A stretch of DNA of 63,580 nt, counting the filler, from Chiloscyllium plagiosum (lineage: Eukaryota): assembly GCF_004010195.1 (NCBI RefSeq). It is 3 parts of one record of this genome, joined end to end, with 100 filler letters (N's around TTAATTAATTAA, not from the genome) between each part and the next. Parts side by side here need not be neighbours in the genome. Positions count along the whole stretch, not along the records: positions 30,336 to 58,804 come from NC_057712.1; 2 more parts are not named here. One strand, given 5' to 3'. The notes under the pieces were generated by a model. That model was not told the origin of the DNA. It did not search any database and saw only the letters and a program-made list of their open reading frames with translations. How positions within the stretch are numbered: the first letter of the stretch is position 1; every line of letters begins with the position of its first letter. Both the position numbers and the translations under genes were made by a program. Shown here one piece after another: positions 38,981-52,355 of the stretch.

Positions 38981-41139
38981 TCTCTAGTGAAATAGGTGGG
39001 CTTTTACAATAACCAATAATAATTTTAGAATCACCATTACTGAGACAGCCTTAGCTCCTAGATTTATTAAATGAATTTAAATTCCACCAGCTGCTGTGGT
39101 GGCCTTAGAAATTAGGGTCTCTTTTAAAACAGTGTCATTTTAGTATTCTGTATTTAGTATTTCTGTATTGTATGAAATTTCAATTACAGTCGTAATTAGC
39201 CCTCTATAAGTATACAGAAAAGATTATTTGAGTACCGCAGTATCCTATTTTGAAGGCAATGTTTCTGAAACTAAGAAGTCTTTGTTCTTGGAAGGATTGA
39301 AAACTAACCTTCAAAATGAAACTATGCAAGGGGACAATAGTCATCCAATGGCACAAGTAGCTGTCCCATAGACATTGATGAAAATAATTCAGCTAATTGA
39401 TTGACACAGCAGACGATATAAGCCCAGAGAAAAAAAGGAGATATCAAGAAGGGCTCAATGGCAGAAAGCAATCCCCATCAGGCAGTGCTTGTAGGTAGCA
39501 GTCTTTGTCAAGGAGCCAGTTTTTCCAGATGGAAGATGGACCAGAAAAAAGGGGAGAAAGAAGCAGGGATACGTTTCCTAATACCTCAGCTAGAGAGCAA
39601 GATGCTACTTGCACAAATTTAATGATACTAACACATTTTACACCAAAATTTTGTTCTCTGGGGGTACCAGTGAACTTTCCCCAATCATTACAGTCATATA
39701 CTTCGAATTAAAGAATGTATCATAGCTGATGTTTCTTAACAAACTCTATAAGCCATATGAAGATTGCTTTCAAATGAGCAATTAATTGAATCAGGTGACA
39801 AAACCCCCAAAAAGCAATGGTAGATTTAAACCCATGTCCCCACAGAACTAGTAAGATTTCCAGAGAACTAGTTCAATTACATAACTGCTACACAACAGTC
39901 TTAACCTTGTTAACAAGCATTCAGACAATCTTAACTGGGAATATGGAGAATGTAAGCACCACACTCCACCATCTCTTTAAAAATGACAGTATATCACAGA
40001 GCCATTTGAAAGCTGGTGTACCATATGAATCTCTAGATTGCACCTTTACCTGCATTTGCCTCAACGAGTTATTGAAAATTCAGCAGATTAGTACAATTGC
40101 ATCCTGAATGAAAAATTTGCACAGATTCAGTGTTACTTCTTTATTTGTCCTCTTCAGCATGGTTCATCGAAAGAAAGATCCCATTTCTATCCAAGTTGTG
40201 TTCATTCCAACATCTGTGTCTTTTAACTCTTTCATACACCGCATCTCTTACTCAATATACTTTGTCTCTTTATTCGTCTTGCCAAATGTATCACTCCATA
40301 TTCTGCAATTATATTTTGAGTTGTCCAGTCTACCGGAAGTTTATTACAGTTCTGTAATGCAAATTCCTGCTCATAATTAACCTAACAGATTCATTCTGGT
40401 CCCTTGTTCCAAGATATGGCTGACCCGCTAAGTATTTTCCGGCATTTATTTTTTGTATTCATTCCATACTTTCAGTTCATCTACAAATTGGTAACATGCA
40501 AATTATTTTGGGAGGCTTTGTAGGCTGCACATGAATATAAATATAAACTTCTAACCAAGTGGGATGATTGAAAGTTAATTTAGACAGACCCAACATAGAT
40601 ACACTAATTGAAAATAAAAGACAAAAGCTGCTGAAATTGAGTGACTTGAGGGAAGATAATTTGCCCCCAAAATTATTCCATCATTAAAGCAGTTATCCAA
40701 CTTAGTTGATGTCCTGATGTGTAATCTCAGAACTCAGAGAGGAAATCAGGTCTAAAATTATGTACCACTCTTTTTACCTCGCTGAATATTCGTAAGTATA
40801 ATTATGTAACATTCTTATTTACTTGCTGAACATTCCAAAATGCAATAAAAAATGATATCAGGGACCAGTTTTAAATAATCAGTGAAACTGGATAGTCTAA
40901 TAATACACAATAATAAGATCTTACTGAATCACACCCGTTAAAAGCAATATCCAATAAAATTCAGGAACATGTACTCTGCAAACAAATACTTTCAAGTCTT
41001 GTGTCTTTTTGAATTGCCCCAATAGGGTTGGATCTTGGGAAGCCACATTGTTTTCTCCAATGTAGTACCTTGGCCAATTAGAGTCAACTTGACAACCAAA
41101 TATGCACCCTTCCTTGTGTTGTAAAAGTGATTGTCATCA

Positions 41140-41705
41140 GATATTGGTGAGACCTCTTCTGGAATACTGTGTCCAGTTCTGGTCACTCAGTTATAGGAGG
41201 GATATTATTAAGCTGGAAAGGGTTCAGAAGAGATTTTACTAGGATGATACCTGGTACAAAAGGTTTGAGTTATAAAGAAAGGTTGGAAAGGCTGAGACAT
41301 TTTTCACTGGATTGTAGGAGGTTGAGAAGCAACCAGATAGAAGTTCATAAAATAATGAGAGCTTTAGGTAGACTTAACAATTGTTGTTTCTTTTTTCCCT
41401 AGGATGGGGGATTTCAATTCATAGAGGGCACATTTTTAAGGTAAGAGGACAGACAGATTTCAAAAAATGAGGTGGCAAATATTTTACATAGTGGGTGGTT
41501 CACGAATGGAATGATCTTCCAGAGGTAGTGTTGGATATGGGTACAAATACAACATTTAAAAGATATTCGGATAAGTACATGAGTCGGAAAAGATTGGAGG
41601 GATATGGGCTCGGAGCAGGCAGGTGGGGCCAGTTTATGGGATCATGATCGGCACAGACTGGTTGGACCTAAGGGTCTGTTTCTGTGGTGTGTGACTTTAT
41701 GACTG
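41140..41705 (+). mobile_element. CR1 3' fragment
   Basis: LEYCVQFWS..FTRMIPG..SYKERLERL and CR1 3' UTR. Confidence 0.88.
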
Positions 41706-42409
41706 AAATTTGGTTTTCTTGCATGTCTTAATGTGGGAAAAATGAAAAGCCATGAAAATATGTCATTCTTTACAGCAACATTCATGAGAGATTAGTGTGG
41801 AGAAGAGATTAGAAACCCATACAAGTGCTCACAAGAGCAGATTTGATTCATTTTTCTGCTGCTTCTCTCTTGCTAACTATTCCTTTTTTCTCTCATCCTC
41901 TTGCTGTGCTTTTCTGTTTTCCCCTTCTTTCCCTTTATGGTGAGAGATGGCAGATTGTTGAGATGGAAAGGGGCCACTAGCAGCTGTAAGCAGTATTTGC
42001 AAAGAAATAAATGACACTCAGTAGTTCACTTCCTACCTCCTTCCCCCGTCACCTCACTCATCACCAATCTTCCCTCACTCACTTTCCCAACATCTCCATA
42101 ATACTGCCCTATTGCCCCATCTTACAATTACCCTGCCAACTTTCTCCCAAATCTATCACAAACTTCTTGCTGAATTCTCTAATGAGTGCCTCCAGTCAAA
42201 ACTGCTTTTGCCTTTCAGAGTGGATAATGACGGGGCAAGTTACCACACTCTAAACTCATCTTATTCTCCCTAACTATCCTTTTCTGTCAGTTTACCATCA
42301 AGCAGGCTGTTCTTGTATTAAAACATAACTTTAAAAAAAACAATTCAAATTAGAATGGAAATTATCTTTTGTGGACTTCTTAAAAAAAAATTAAGTTCCT
42401 TCAATAAGG

Positions 42410-42700
42410 GCATCTCTGGCTAGACCAACTTTTATCACCAATTCTGAATTGCCTAAAAGGTGGTTAAGAGACAATCAGGCATTTGTGAATATGGAGTCAC
42501 AGACCAGGTGAGGACAGCAGAATTCCTACCCTAAGGACATTAGTGAACCAGATGGCTTTTTATGATAATCGACAGTCTACATGGTTGTCATTATGCTTCA
42601 GATTTTATTAAATTTAAATTGTGCCATTTACCAATCAAACATTAGCTAGTGGTTCTGGATTGCTAGTCCAATAACCTGACCATGACACCACCACCTGCCC
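42410..42700 (-). mobile_element. Second-family tRNA-head SINE
   Basis: ggagtcacagaccaggtgaggacagcag..ggacattagtgaaccagatgg..ctggattgctagtcca. Confidence 0.7.
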
Positions 42701-43119
42701 TTTATATGTTGCTTTCCATCTTCAGCAATTAAAATCTGTCCACGGAAGAATGTAATTATTTGTAACCTTTTTTGTCAAAACACAAGTTGAAGAAATTATT
42801 GGCTTCAATATTGAGCATGTTTTTAAAAATTAGTGCATGATTACATGAAGAAAGCCCACTGGCTCTCTCAAATTCAGTTTAAGAAGCCTTAAAAAGTTAA
42901 TTGAACACGTCAAAATCTATAGCTGAATTGTCTTTAAACTTGTCATTTTGTCTCAAATGTAGTCAGTTAAAGTGGAAAATTTCACTAGATACATCCTTAA
43001 AAACTTGTCCTCTCATATTTAGAAATAATTTTAAGTGAAGTTAGTGGCCGTCAAATACTCCCATCCAAAAATAAACATTGCTCATTAAACACAATTGTAG
43101 AATATAGAAATGGTTAAAA

Positions 43120-43510
43120 TATCCTTTGATTTATGTAGCAACTTTTTCATTTGCAAGATGCCCCAAAGCACTTTACAATCGAGTGGAGTACTTTGTAAAA
43201 TTATCTCAGTTGCAACCAAATTAGACAAAGGAAGGTTTCACAGATAGCAATGTAATAATGGTTGCTTAATTTGTTTTGGTAATGTTAGTTGAGGTTTAAA
43301 AATGCCAGCCAGGATATGAGAAAGATGAAATGTTGGCCAGGAAATAGCAGGATATTGGAATAACTTGACTGCTAATTTCTTCAAAATATTATGATTTATC
43401 TGTGATAGCAACATTGTGGTTCAGTAGCTCATCTCCAACAGCATAACAATCTCATAATCCAGACCTATAGTTTTACACAAGGGTTTGCTGCGAAATTTGA
43501 ATCCACAAAT
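43120..43510 (-). mobile_element. DeuSINE-type SINE (decayed)
   Basis: atttatgtagcaactttt..cccaaagcactttacaatc..gatagcaatgtaataatg..gttggccagga, antisense to the copies at 16100 and 48580. Confidence 0.6.
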
Positions 43511-43728
43511 GATTAGCTTACTCAATTCAATTTTTCAAAAGCACGTTTTTGATTTAAAACAAAAAACATTCCAGAAAGAAAAAATATTCAATAAAGATTT
43601 CAACAAACACAAAAGACAATAAACTGGGCAAATTTGAATCACGCTCTGATGAAATACATGACTTGATTTATTTGGTTCAAACCATTACTTTGGTTGAGAA
43701 GAATAATAATTGTAATGAGAATACCCAC

Positions 43729-43763
43729 CATGGTCTCGTCAACTGATATTACAGGTATTAGGA
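43729..43763 (-). CDS. Candidate 35-nt exon of an unidentified gene (xLIPVISVDETM, or UTR ending in accATG)
   Basis: cttttattgtgcAG|..GAGACCATG|GTgggt in non-repeat DNA; only one frame is open. Confidence 0.25.
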
Positions 43764-44599
43764 CTGCACAATAAAAGTTTGTGTTGTATATAATGAATTC
43801 TTTCTGGGTCTCCTATCATACTTGTCTCCACACTCACACTCCCCATTCAAGGAAGTCATATAACCTGTAATATCACTCCACCAGAGGTATTTTGGCAAGA
43901 CTTAACACCACATGATCCAGCATATTCCTCTTTGCTCTCAGTCCAGACCTGAAGCAAGATTTTGTTGTGCACATTGAGACACAGTAGACTAGAGTAGTGA
44001 TTTTCATCTGCTTTAGTCTCTATGATGCAACTTATCCACACGTAGAAATCATGCGAACTACATCAGAATTGCGAGCTCAGCAATAACTGGACTAAGTCCA
44101 AACTGGCCAGCTTTCCAATAATAACACTAACTCTAAAGTGGTGAAGGATTGGTACCAGCAGAGAACATGAATTTTCACATGCAAGGATGCCAACGTTAAT
44201 TAGTTGAAAAATAGGAATAGTGATAATCACAGTCAAAAAATAGAAAACATATCCAATAATGTTTCAAACCCAGTACACAGCAGACAGGTAATCAGGCTAA
44301 GTAACTTAATGAACAAGAATTGAATGGGGAAAGTAGTTTGTCAGTGACAAGCTTAATCTGACCTTGTGAGTGAAGATTTATTATCACTGTATTATGAGGC
44401 TATTACAGTAATTGCAACATGTGATTCTTATCAAGACACTATACTCTTTAAAAATATACCTAAGGACACAAGTCTTTTCGTGTTCAATAACTGGTCTTAC
44501 GTGGAATTGTTCATAGTTCAGAGAGGCTTTGGCTAGAAAGTGCACCTGCAGACTGATGGGAACTGAATGTTCCACAGTTTTTGTAAATTATGTCAAAAG

Positions 44600-45230
44600 A
44601 GCAAGGATCTTATGATAAGATTTTTAAGGGTTTATTAGAATGGTTCCAGGGACGAGGGATTTCAGTTATGAAAATAGATTGGATAAGCTTAGACTGATCT
44701 TCTTGGAAAAGGCTGAGAGCAAATGTGATTAAAATGTCAAAATAATCAGGCCTCTGGACTGCATAAATAAGAAAATATTCAAACTGTGAAAAAATCAAGA
44801 GAGGGCACAGATTTAACATAATTAGTAAAAGTAGTGATATTACGGAATAAAACAAAGAACTGTGGATGCTGGAGAGCTGAAACAAAAACAGAAATTGCTG
44901 GAGAAACTCAGTGGGTCGGACAGCATCTGTGGGAAGAAAGCAGAGTTAAGATTTTGACTTGGGAGTCTTTTCATCCAGCAACATCAGGGAAATGTGTTCA
45001 TGTAGCAAGTGGCTTGGGTATAGAGTGCACTGCCTAAGAGTGTGGTGAGACAGGTTCAAACGAGACACTCACAAAGAAATTAGAAAAGTTATTTGAAAAG
45101 GAAGAAATTGCATGGTAATAGGGTGAAGACAAAAGAATAGTACAAGGCTAGATGCTCATTTGGAGAGCCATGAAGAAAGGATGAGGTGAATGGCCCCCTT
45201 CTTTGCTGTAACAATTCAGTGATTCTGTGA
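44600..45230 (+). mobile_element. Old CR1 3' fragment with a PLE family C insertion (about 44845-44960)
   Basis: CR1 motifs either side of aacaaagaactgtggatgctggag..ggacagcatctgtgg. Confidence 0.65.
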
Positions 45231-45783
45231 AGAATATGAAAAGTTAAGATCAGAAGACCAAAGGCAGGATGGGCACAACACACAAATAAGGTTACAAATC
45301 CTTTTTTTCACAGAAAAAAGAGATACAGTATGTGAAATATAATTCTTCTAATTGAAAATAATATTGAGAATGCATCAAACAGTATTCTTATGGTTAAAAA
45401 TCTTATCCTCCAGTGTGGAGGAGAACTGGAAGCAATGTTGAGAAAGAGAGGTATTCAATTTCAGAAGATCAGCTGTAGGTTAGGTTGCCTGTAGCTTTTG
45501 CATTTGGAATCAAGTGTTCAAGAAGACTCCAGACTGGCAGATCCTAATTGGACCAAGCTATTGATCAGGCTGAAAACTTGATCTGAAGCTTTGGTTAGAG
45601 GAAGAAAGCATACTGGAGAGTGCTGTGACTCAGTGGGTAGTACTGTAGGAATGAGCAAAAATCCCCATTTCTGAAATACTGGACTTTTCAAATAACTTTT
45701 AAAAGTAAAATACCAAGGCAGGCAGCTGGGCTAGGTTCTGGGAGAATGACACAGGCACAAAGATAACTGCTTGGAACTATTCA

Positions 45784-46020
45784 GGAGAAAGTGAGGGCTA
45801 CAGATGCTGGAAATGAGAGTGAAAAAGAGAAAAGCACAGCATGTCAGGCAGCATCTGGGGAGCAGGAGAGTTGATATTTTAGACATAAGCCCTGCACCAG
45901 GAATGTTGGGGTGGTGGGGGAGGGGAGATGAGTGAAATTGGCATTGATGCCATATAGTTGGAGGATCGCTAGGCGGAAGATGAGGCATTCTTCCTCCAGA
46001 CGTTGGATGGATAGGACTTG
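45784..46020 (-). mobile_element. PLE family B decayed 3' fragment
   Basis: ggagaaagtgagg..cagatgctgg terminal repeat and gaagatgaggcattcttcctccag GIY-YIG end. Confidence 0.7.
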
Positions 46021-46026
46021 GAGCTA

Positions 46027-46631
46027 CAGAGGAACATTGATTATCCGAACTAGATTGGCGGGCACTCTTTCGTTCAGATAATCGATTATGCGGTTAATTG
46101 ATTAAATGCCTTTCCTCTGGGGCTCGGAGGTTTTTAAGTCTGCTCCCTGTTCAGGAGATGAGGCAGCAGCACACCACAAGCCCCCGCCCGCCCCCGTCCA
46201 ACACCACCACCAGCCCACCCTTGTCCAACGCCCGCCCCCATGCAACACCATCCCCCACCCAAAACCGCCCTCCCGCCCACCACCCCATGCGCTCCACCCC
46301 CATCCACATTTCCAAATAGTGTGTGTACACTTTTTACTGCAATGTTTGACAGGTTCCACCTTTACCCTGTACAGGATAATGTTGGAGAGATTATTTGGGG
46401 AAGAGGGGGCTAGAGTTCACCCCTATGTAGAACTCCAGGGAAAGTGTGGGGAGGGAGAGAGGGCAGGAGGTCAGTCATTTGGAGACTGTACCTATTTAAT
46501 TACTGTAAACAAAAGACACGCACACTGTTGGAGACACGTCTTTAGTTCAATGTTTCTATCGGGACCTTGAGATCTCATTCAGATAATCCGATATTCGGAT
46601 AATTGATATTTGGACAATCAAGGTTCCTCTG
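46027..46631. mobile_element. Tigger/pogo-like MITE, second copy in opposite orientation
   Basis: TA|CAGAGGAACATTGATTATCCGAA...GGACAATCAAGGTTCCTCTG|TA; interior is the reverse complement of 3986-4942. Confidence 0.85.
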
Positions 46632-46639
46632 TATTGTTC

Positions 46640-47660
46640 AGTCTGAAAATCCAATTCAAACATGCTTTTTGAAAAAAGCAATCAACCAAGCCTAAACCTC
46701 ATCCAACCCAGACTGAACTGGGCCTTGGCAGATCAACTTCAATCAATATTCATGCACAGAGGTACCGGACATTCCACTTAATCAAAATACATTCACACTT
46801 ACTCTTAGCTATCAGGAAGCCAATTGACCACCAAAGGGAATACCAGAAACACAATGGCAACAGAGTATTGAGAAGGGCACAAAGTCTGTATAACTGTTGA
46901 TTCTGACGTGAGAGAGAGAGGCAGAGGCTTTTTCAACATTAAGCTCCTGTAGAAACAATTTCTCCACAGGCTTTAACCTGAAGAAGCAGCATCAGAACCA
47001 AGACTCACAGTGGGTGAACCGAGAAGCTGAATAAGGAATACAAACCAAGAGCACCATCGCAACAAAGGACCTCTGAGAGGGTAGAAAGCCAACCAAGCGC
47101 TATCCGAACAAAAGCTTCCAGACACGGCCAATTCCAAGCCAAAAAATCCGATGGCATGAACCTCGGCAACTGAATGCACTTTATAATTGTGTTTACCACA
47201 GTGGTGAGCTGAAACTCCCGAGACCCAAAGTTTCCAACCTAACTAGCAGGGAGGGGAAGGTGGGTGGTGACAGCACAGGGAACCCCAAGGGTAGGAAGCC
47301 TGAATAAAATGTTTGATTAAAACTGTTGTTTAGCTTCGAATAGTTTTTTAACCTCTGTTTAATTTGATAGTGTATCTAATCACTGTCCTCTGTATAATTG
47401 TGTCAATTTCACTGTTTTATTGCATTTGTCTTTTTTTTTATTTCTTGCATTATACTTATCTCTTCATAGTTAAATAAATGCAGAGATTCTTTTGCCTATT
47501 GTCTATTGCCTTCTTCATTTCACATTCCCTAAATAAGTCCAGTGTCAGAACCAGGGATCTGGAGCTTATTTGAACCACCTAAAAAGCAGCAAACCAGATC
47601 GCAAACCAAAAACCCTACAGTACTCATGCTGCCAAGTTAGAAGGGTGTGGGATGAAGGAC
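46640..47660 (+). mobile_element. Possible solo LTR (ERV-like)
   Basis: CCAAT, TATAA followed by a gagaga run, AATAAA motifs and T-rich U5-like composition. Ends not identified. Confidence 0.25.
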
Positions 47661-48034
47661 CCCTCTGGAACTTAGAGTCGTAAAGATTTATAGCTCATTC
47701 ATGCTGACCAGTTGCCACATAAGAATGTAAGAAATAATAGCAAGAATGGAACATTCAGCTCCTCAAACCTGCTCTGCCATTCAACAAGATCATCTGCTCT
47801 GCCAGGTATCACCTTCTCTTTCGAACCAGCTCAGCATAGCTGTCAAACCATTGCTACTTCAAAACCACATTTCGGTAGTGTCGTATGAGCAATCATACAA
47901 CAGCTCATTGTGTTGTAAGTGCAGTCTATTGCTCACTATAAGCTAAGTCTGTTTGATCAAATGTGATAGAAGAATAATTAATAATCTAGTGAGAAGATGT
48001 TGTTGTCTTCAACAAGATGTAGTTTATTGCACGA

Positions 48035-48345
48035 TAGGACTGTTGCCGCACAGTGCCAGGACCCGGGTTCGATTCCAGCTGTGTGGAGTTTGCACATTCT
48101 CCCCATGTCTATGTGGGTTTCCTCCGGGTGCTCCAGTTTCCTCTCACAGTCCAAAGATCTGCAGGTTTGGTGAACTGGCCATGTTAAATTGGCCATAGTG
48201 TTCAGGAATATGTAGGTTAGGTGGATTAGTCAGGGGAAACATGGAGTAATAGGGTAGGGGAATGGGTCTGGATAGGACTATCTTTGGAGGGTCGGTGTAG
48301 ACTTGTTGGGCCACATGGCCTGTTTCCAGACTGTAGGGATCCTAT
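48035..48345 (+). mobile_element. HE1/V-SINE-type SINE
   Basis: B box gggttcgattcc and tgtgtggagtttgcacattctcccc body. Confidence 0.88.
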
Positions 48346-48439
48346 GGTAGCAAGCAGATGCAAGATAAAATCAATGTGATAGACATTGCTACTGAGATTA
48401 CCAGGAAGATCCAGTGGGAGGCTTCACTCTTTTATGATC

Positions 48440-48770
48440 CTAAGATGATGATATTGTAACTTTTGAATGAGATGTTAAATACATTATCCATCTGCACTCT
48501 GACGGAATTGTCAATGGCTCCCTCCCCCATAGCATGGCACTATTTCAAAGAACAGAAGGGTTAACATTAGTTTCTCAAAAAGAAACATTACTAAAACAGA
48601 TTATCTGGGCATGATCATTTTGCAGTTTGTCAAATGCTTGTGTGCCCAAAATAGTTCACCATGCTTCCTACATAACAATGATGACTGCAATTTGATACCA
48701 CTTTTATTATCACTTTGGAATGGTCCAATAGTCATACGAAGGTGTCAATGTCACTACAAATCTTGGCCCT
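48440..48770 (+). mobile_element. DeuSINE-type SINE (decayed)
   Basis: catggcactatttcaaagaa..acattactaaaacagattatctgg Deu-like core. Confidence 0.55.
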
Positions 48771-49974
48771 ACCTTCTGGTGGGAGAAAGAAAGAAAAGGA
48801 GAGAGAATGAATGGGAGAAAAGAGAGAGAAGAGGAGAACATAAGAAATAGGAGCAGGAGTAAGCCATCTGGTCTGTTGACACTGCTCCATCATTCAACAA
48901 GATCATGGATGGCCTAACCATGGAGAGGGAGGGAGAGAGAGAGAGAAAGGGAGGGAGAAAGAGAGACTTGGGAGGAGAAGAAGTGAATTGGAATGATTAT
49001 GAAAACATATATGCATTGCTATATATTGGGGAAAAATGTATCAAAACATGATTGCTCCCTTGACAGTTATTTTGCTGTTTATTTAACTGTAACACTAAGA
49101 GATACCTCTGTTCACTCCATTGTACATGGATCAGAGCACGGAGTAGTTCAGTATGTTTGCAAATTGGTTTTTTTCTCTCCAGAATCCAATATTAAGTCAA
49201 CCCCAGGTTAATTGTATGAAGGCTGTTTCTCTCCACCAGTCCTGAGAGGAGAAGGTGACCTGAGTTGAGGCAGTTACAATCAAACTGTCACTCAGCACTC
49301 CAGTCCTGAGCACTGAAATTTATTTTATAATTATGGTTTCTAGTTTTACTACCTTTTTACATAATTTATATTACTCAGATTGCCCAGTTTCAAAATTTCT
49401 GTGCATCATTTTCAATGTAATCCCTCCTTTCCCAACTCCTTTTTCTCCCCATGCTATATGGTGCCTTAGCTGCAGTAATTATATTGATTCTGCAGTGAAC
49501 ATTCAACAGAAGTTGTAAACTTGTTCACCAGCTCCCTGCTTGTTCTCCACAGTTTTCAGTAGAGTGACAGAATTGAAAATAAAATAGGAAAATAAAGTTT
49601 CTATAATCCCCAGGAACTAAAAATAAATTTACATCAGAAGCAACCTGGAAAGATAATTCATAAGGCACATAAAAGAATAAAAATCTTTTTTTTTCATTTC
49701 TCCACAGCATTTTTATTGACTAAATATACATGAGCAAGAAGCATTTGTGGTCAAGTTAACATACCTATGTGTCACAGCAGCCATTTAGGACTAAAACAAG
49801 GAACATTTTTTCACCAAGCGAGTAGTAGCCTATGGAACTTTCTGCCACAAAATGTGATTGAGGTCAAACATTAAATGTTTTCAGGAAGGAATTAGATATA
49901 GTTCTTGGGAATAAAGAGATCAAACGAAATGGGGAGAAAATGGGAACAGGTACTGAGTTGGATGATCTTTATGA

Positions 49975-51135
49975 TCATAGTCATAGAGTCATAGAGGTGT
50001 ACAGCATGGAAACAGACCCTTCGGTCCAACCTGTCCATGCCGACCAGATATCCCAACCCAATCTAGTCCCACCTACCAGCACCCGATCCACATCCCTCCA
50101 AACCCTTCCTATTCATATACACATCCAAATGCCTCTTAAATGTTGCAATTGTACCAGCCTCCACCACTTCCTCTGGAAGCTCATTCCAAACAAGTACCAC
50201 CTCTGCGTGAAAAAGTTGCCCCTTAGGTCTCTTTTATATCTTTCCCCTCTCACCCAAAGCCTATGCCTTCTAGTTCTGGACTCCCCAATCCCAGGGAAAA
50301 GACTTTTTCTATTTATCCTATCCATGCCCCTCATAGTTTGGAAACCTCTATAAGGTCACCCCTCAGCCTCCGACGCTGCAGGGAAAACAGCCTCAGCCTG
50401 TTCAGCCTCTCCCTACAGCTCAAATCCTCCAACCCTGGCAACATCCTTGTAAATCTTTTCTGAACCCTTTCAAGTTTCACAATGTTGTAATCTGAGGTAA
50501 CCCTCTTCGCTGTCCACTACACCTCCAATTTTGGTGTCATCTGCAAACTTACTAACTGTATCTCTTATGCTCGGATCCAAACCATTTATGTAAATGACAA
50601 GAAGTAGAGGACCCAGCACCTATCCTTGTGGCACTCCACTGGTCACAGGCCTCCAGTCTGAAAAACAACCCTCCACCACCACCCTCTGTCTTCTATCTTT
50701 GAGCCAGTTCTGTATCCAAATGGCTAGTTCTCCCTTTATTCCATGAGATCTAACCTTGCTAATCAGTCTCCCATGGGGAACCTTGTTGAATGCCTTACTG
50801 AAGTCCATATAGATCACATCTACTGCTCTGCCCTCATCAATCTTCTTTGTTACTTCTTCAAAAAACTCAATCAAGTTTGTGAGACATGATTCCCCAGGCA
50901 CAAGACATGTTGACTATCCCTAATCAGTCCATGCCTTTCCAAGTATATGTACATCCTGTCCCTCAAGATTCCCTCCAACAACTTGCCCACCACTGAGGTC
51001 AGGCTCACTAGTCTATAGTTCCCTGGCTTGTCTTTACCACCCTTCTTAAACAGTAGCACCATGTTTGCCAATCTCCAGTCTTCCGGCACCTCACCTGTGG
51101 CTATCGATGATACAAATATCTCAGCAAGAGGCCCA
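49975..51135 (-). mobile_element. Young CR1 LINE (RT and 3' end, deletion at about 50483) nested in the 3' UTR of an older plus-strand CR1 (about 49800-51200)
   Basis: ORFs 50620-50901 (SCLTNLIEFFE..YMDFSKAF..GVPQG) and 50871-51089 (PEDWRLAN..NYRLVSLTS); (catagagt) tail. Confidence 0.93.
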
Positions 51136-51371
51136 TATTGAAAAGCTGGAGCAGGCTCAAAGGGCTGAATGGAATAGGGTATTACTGTTCTTTCTTTCTG
51201 TGTTTCTTTGTTTCGACTTAACTGACTTCATTACATTATCCACCCTCCTCCTGTCCCTTTCTCATTCCATGCTATTCAATCCTCCATGCCAATCCCTCAT
51301 CTCACCTCCACACATATTCCATACTAGCCATTCTACAATCATTCCATCAAGGCCCTTTGAATTCTCCCATC

Positions 51372-51880
51372 ATATAGAACATAGAACATAGAACAGTACA
51401 GCACAGTACAGGTTCTTTGGTCCACAATATTGTGCCAAGCATTTATCTTAATCTAAGGTCAACCTAACCTACACACCCTTCAATTTGCTGCCTTCCATGT
51501 GCAGCAATTGCTTAAATGTCCCTAATATCTCTGACTCTACTACCACTGCTGGCAGTGCATTCCATGCACCCACCACTCTCTACAGTACAGGTTCTTTGGT
51601 CCACAATATTGTGCCAAGCATTTATCTTAATCTAAGATCAACCTAACCTACACACCCTTCAATTTGCTGCCTTCCATGTGCAGCAGTTGCTTAAATGTCC
51701 CTAATATCTCTGACTCTACTACCACTGCTGGCAGTGCATTCCATGTACCCACCACTCTCTGCGTAAAGAACTTACTTCTGACATCTCTCCTATACCTTCC
51801 TCCAATCACCTTAATATTATTACCCCACATAACAGCCATTTCTGCCCTGGGGAAGCGCCTCTGGTTATCTATCAATATGC
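51372..51880 (-). mobile_element. CR1 3' end containing a 179-bp tandem duplication
   Basis: (tagaaca)n tail; units 51403-51581 and 51582-51760 with 3 visible mismatches. Confidence 0.9.
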
Positions 51881-52178
51881 ACCTCTCGTTACCTTGATAT
51901 GGAGGAGCCAGTGTCGGACTTCAGCGGACAAAGTTAAAAATCACACAACGCCATGTTATAGTCCAGCAAGTTTATTAGGAAACACTCGCTTTGCAGGTGG
52001 TGCTATGCTGTGCTGTGGGCAGGAGTGGAAAGGGAATTTTAAGATATCTACAGTGAAGCAGAGCCATCACAAAATGAACAGTTCAACAAGCATCCAAAAT
52101 GAAAAGAGCTCAACTCCAGATCATCATCCATGGTCTGAAGATGTAATTCTGCTTTATAGTGCTTTCTGTTTGCTCCAG

Positions 52179-52355
52179 ATTTATAAACACTGTGAACGGA
52201 TTTCATCGGGCTGGTCCGACCAGACCCAGAAGTAGTGACCAGAGGTCACTATTCACTACATTTTCTTCTGTGACAATATCAAATTACATCACAGGAAAGT
52301 ATATTCAGAGACAAATGCACTCCTGCCATATACCAGTTTCTACAACATTTGACAG
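52179..52355 (+). CDS. Candidate 177-nt phase 2-2 exon of an unidentified transcript
   Basis: gctttctgtttgctccAG| ... GACAG|GTaaca; open frame FINTVNGFHRAGP..VSTTFD; no recognised homology. Confidence 0.2.

Noticed and set aside
52235..52249. Palindrome GTGACCagaGGTCAC as an estrogen response element
   Set aside because: The half-sites are everted rather than GGTCAnnnTGACC, and a single short palindrome is expected by chance.
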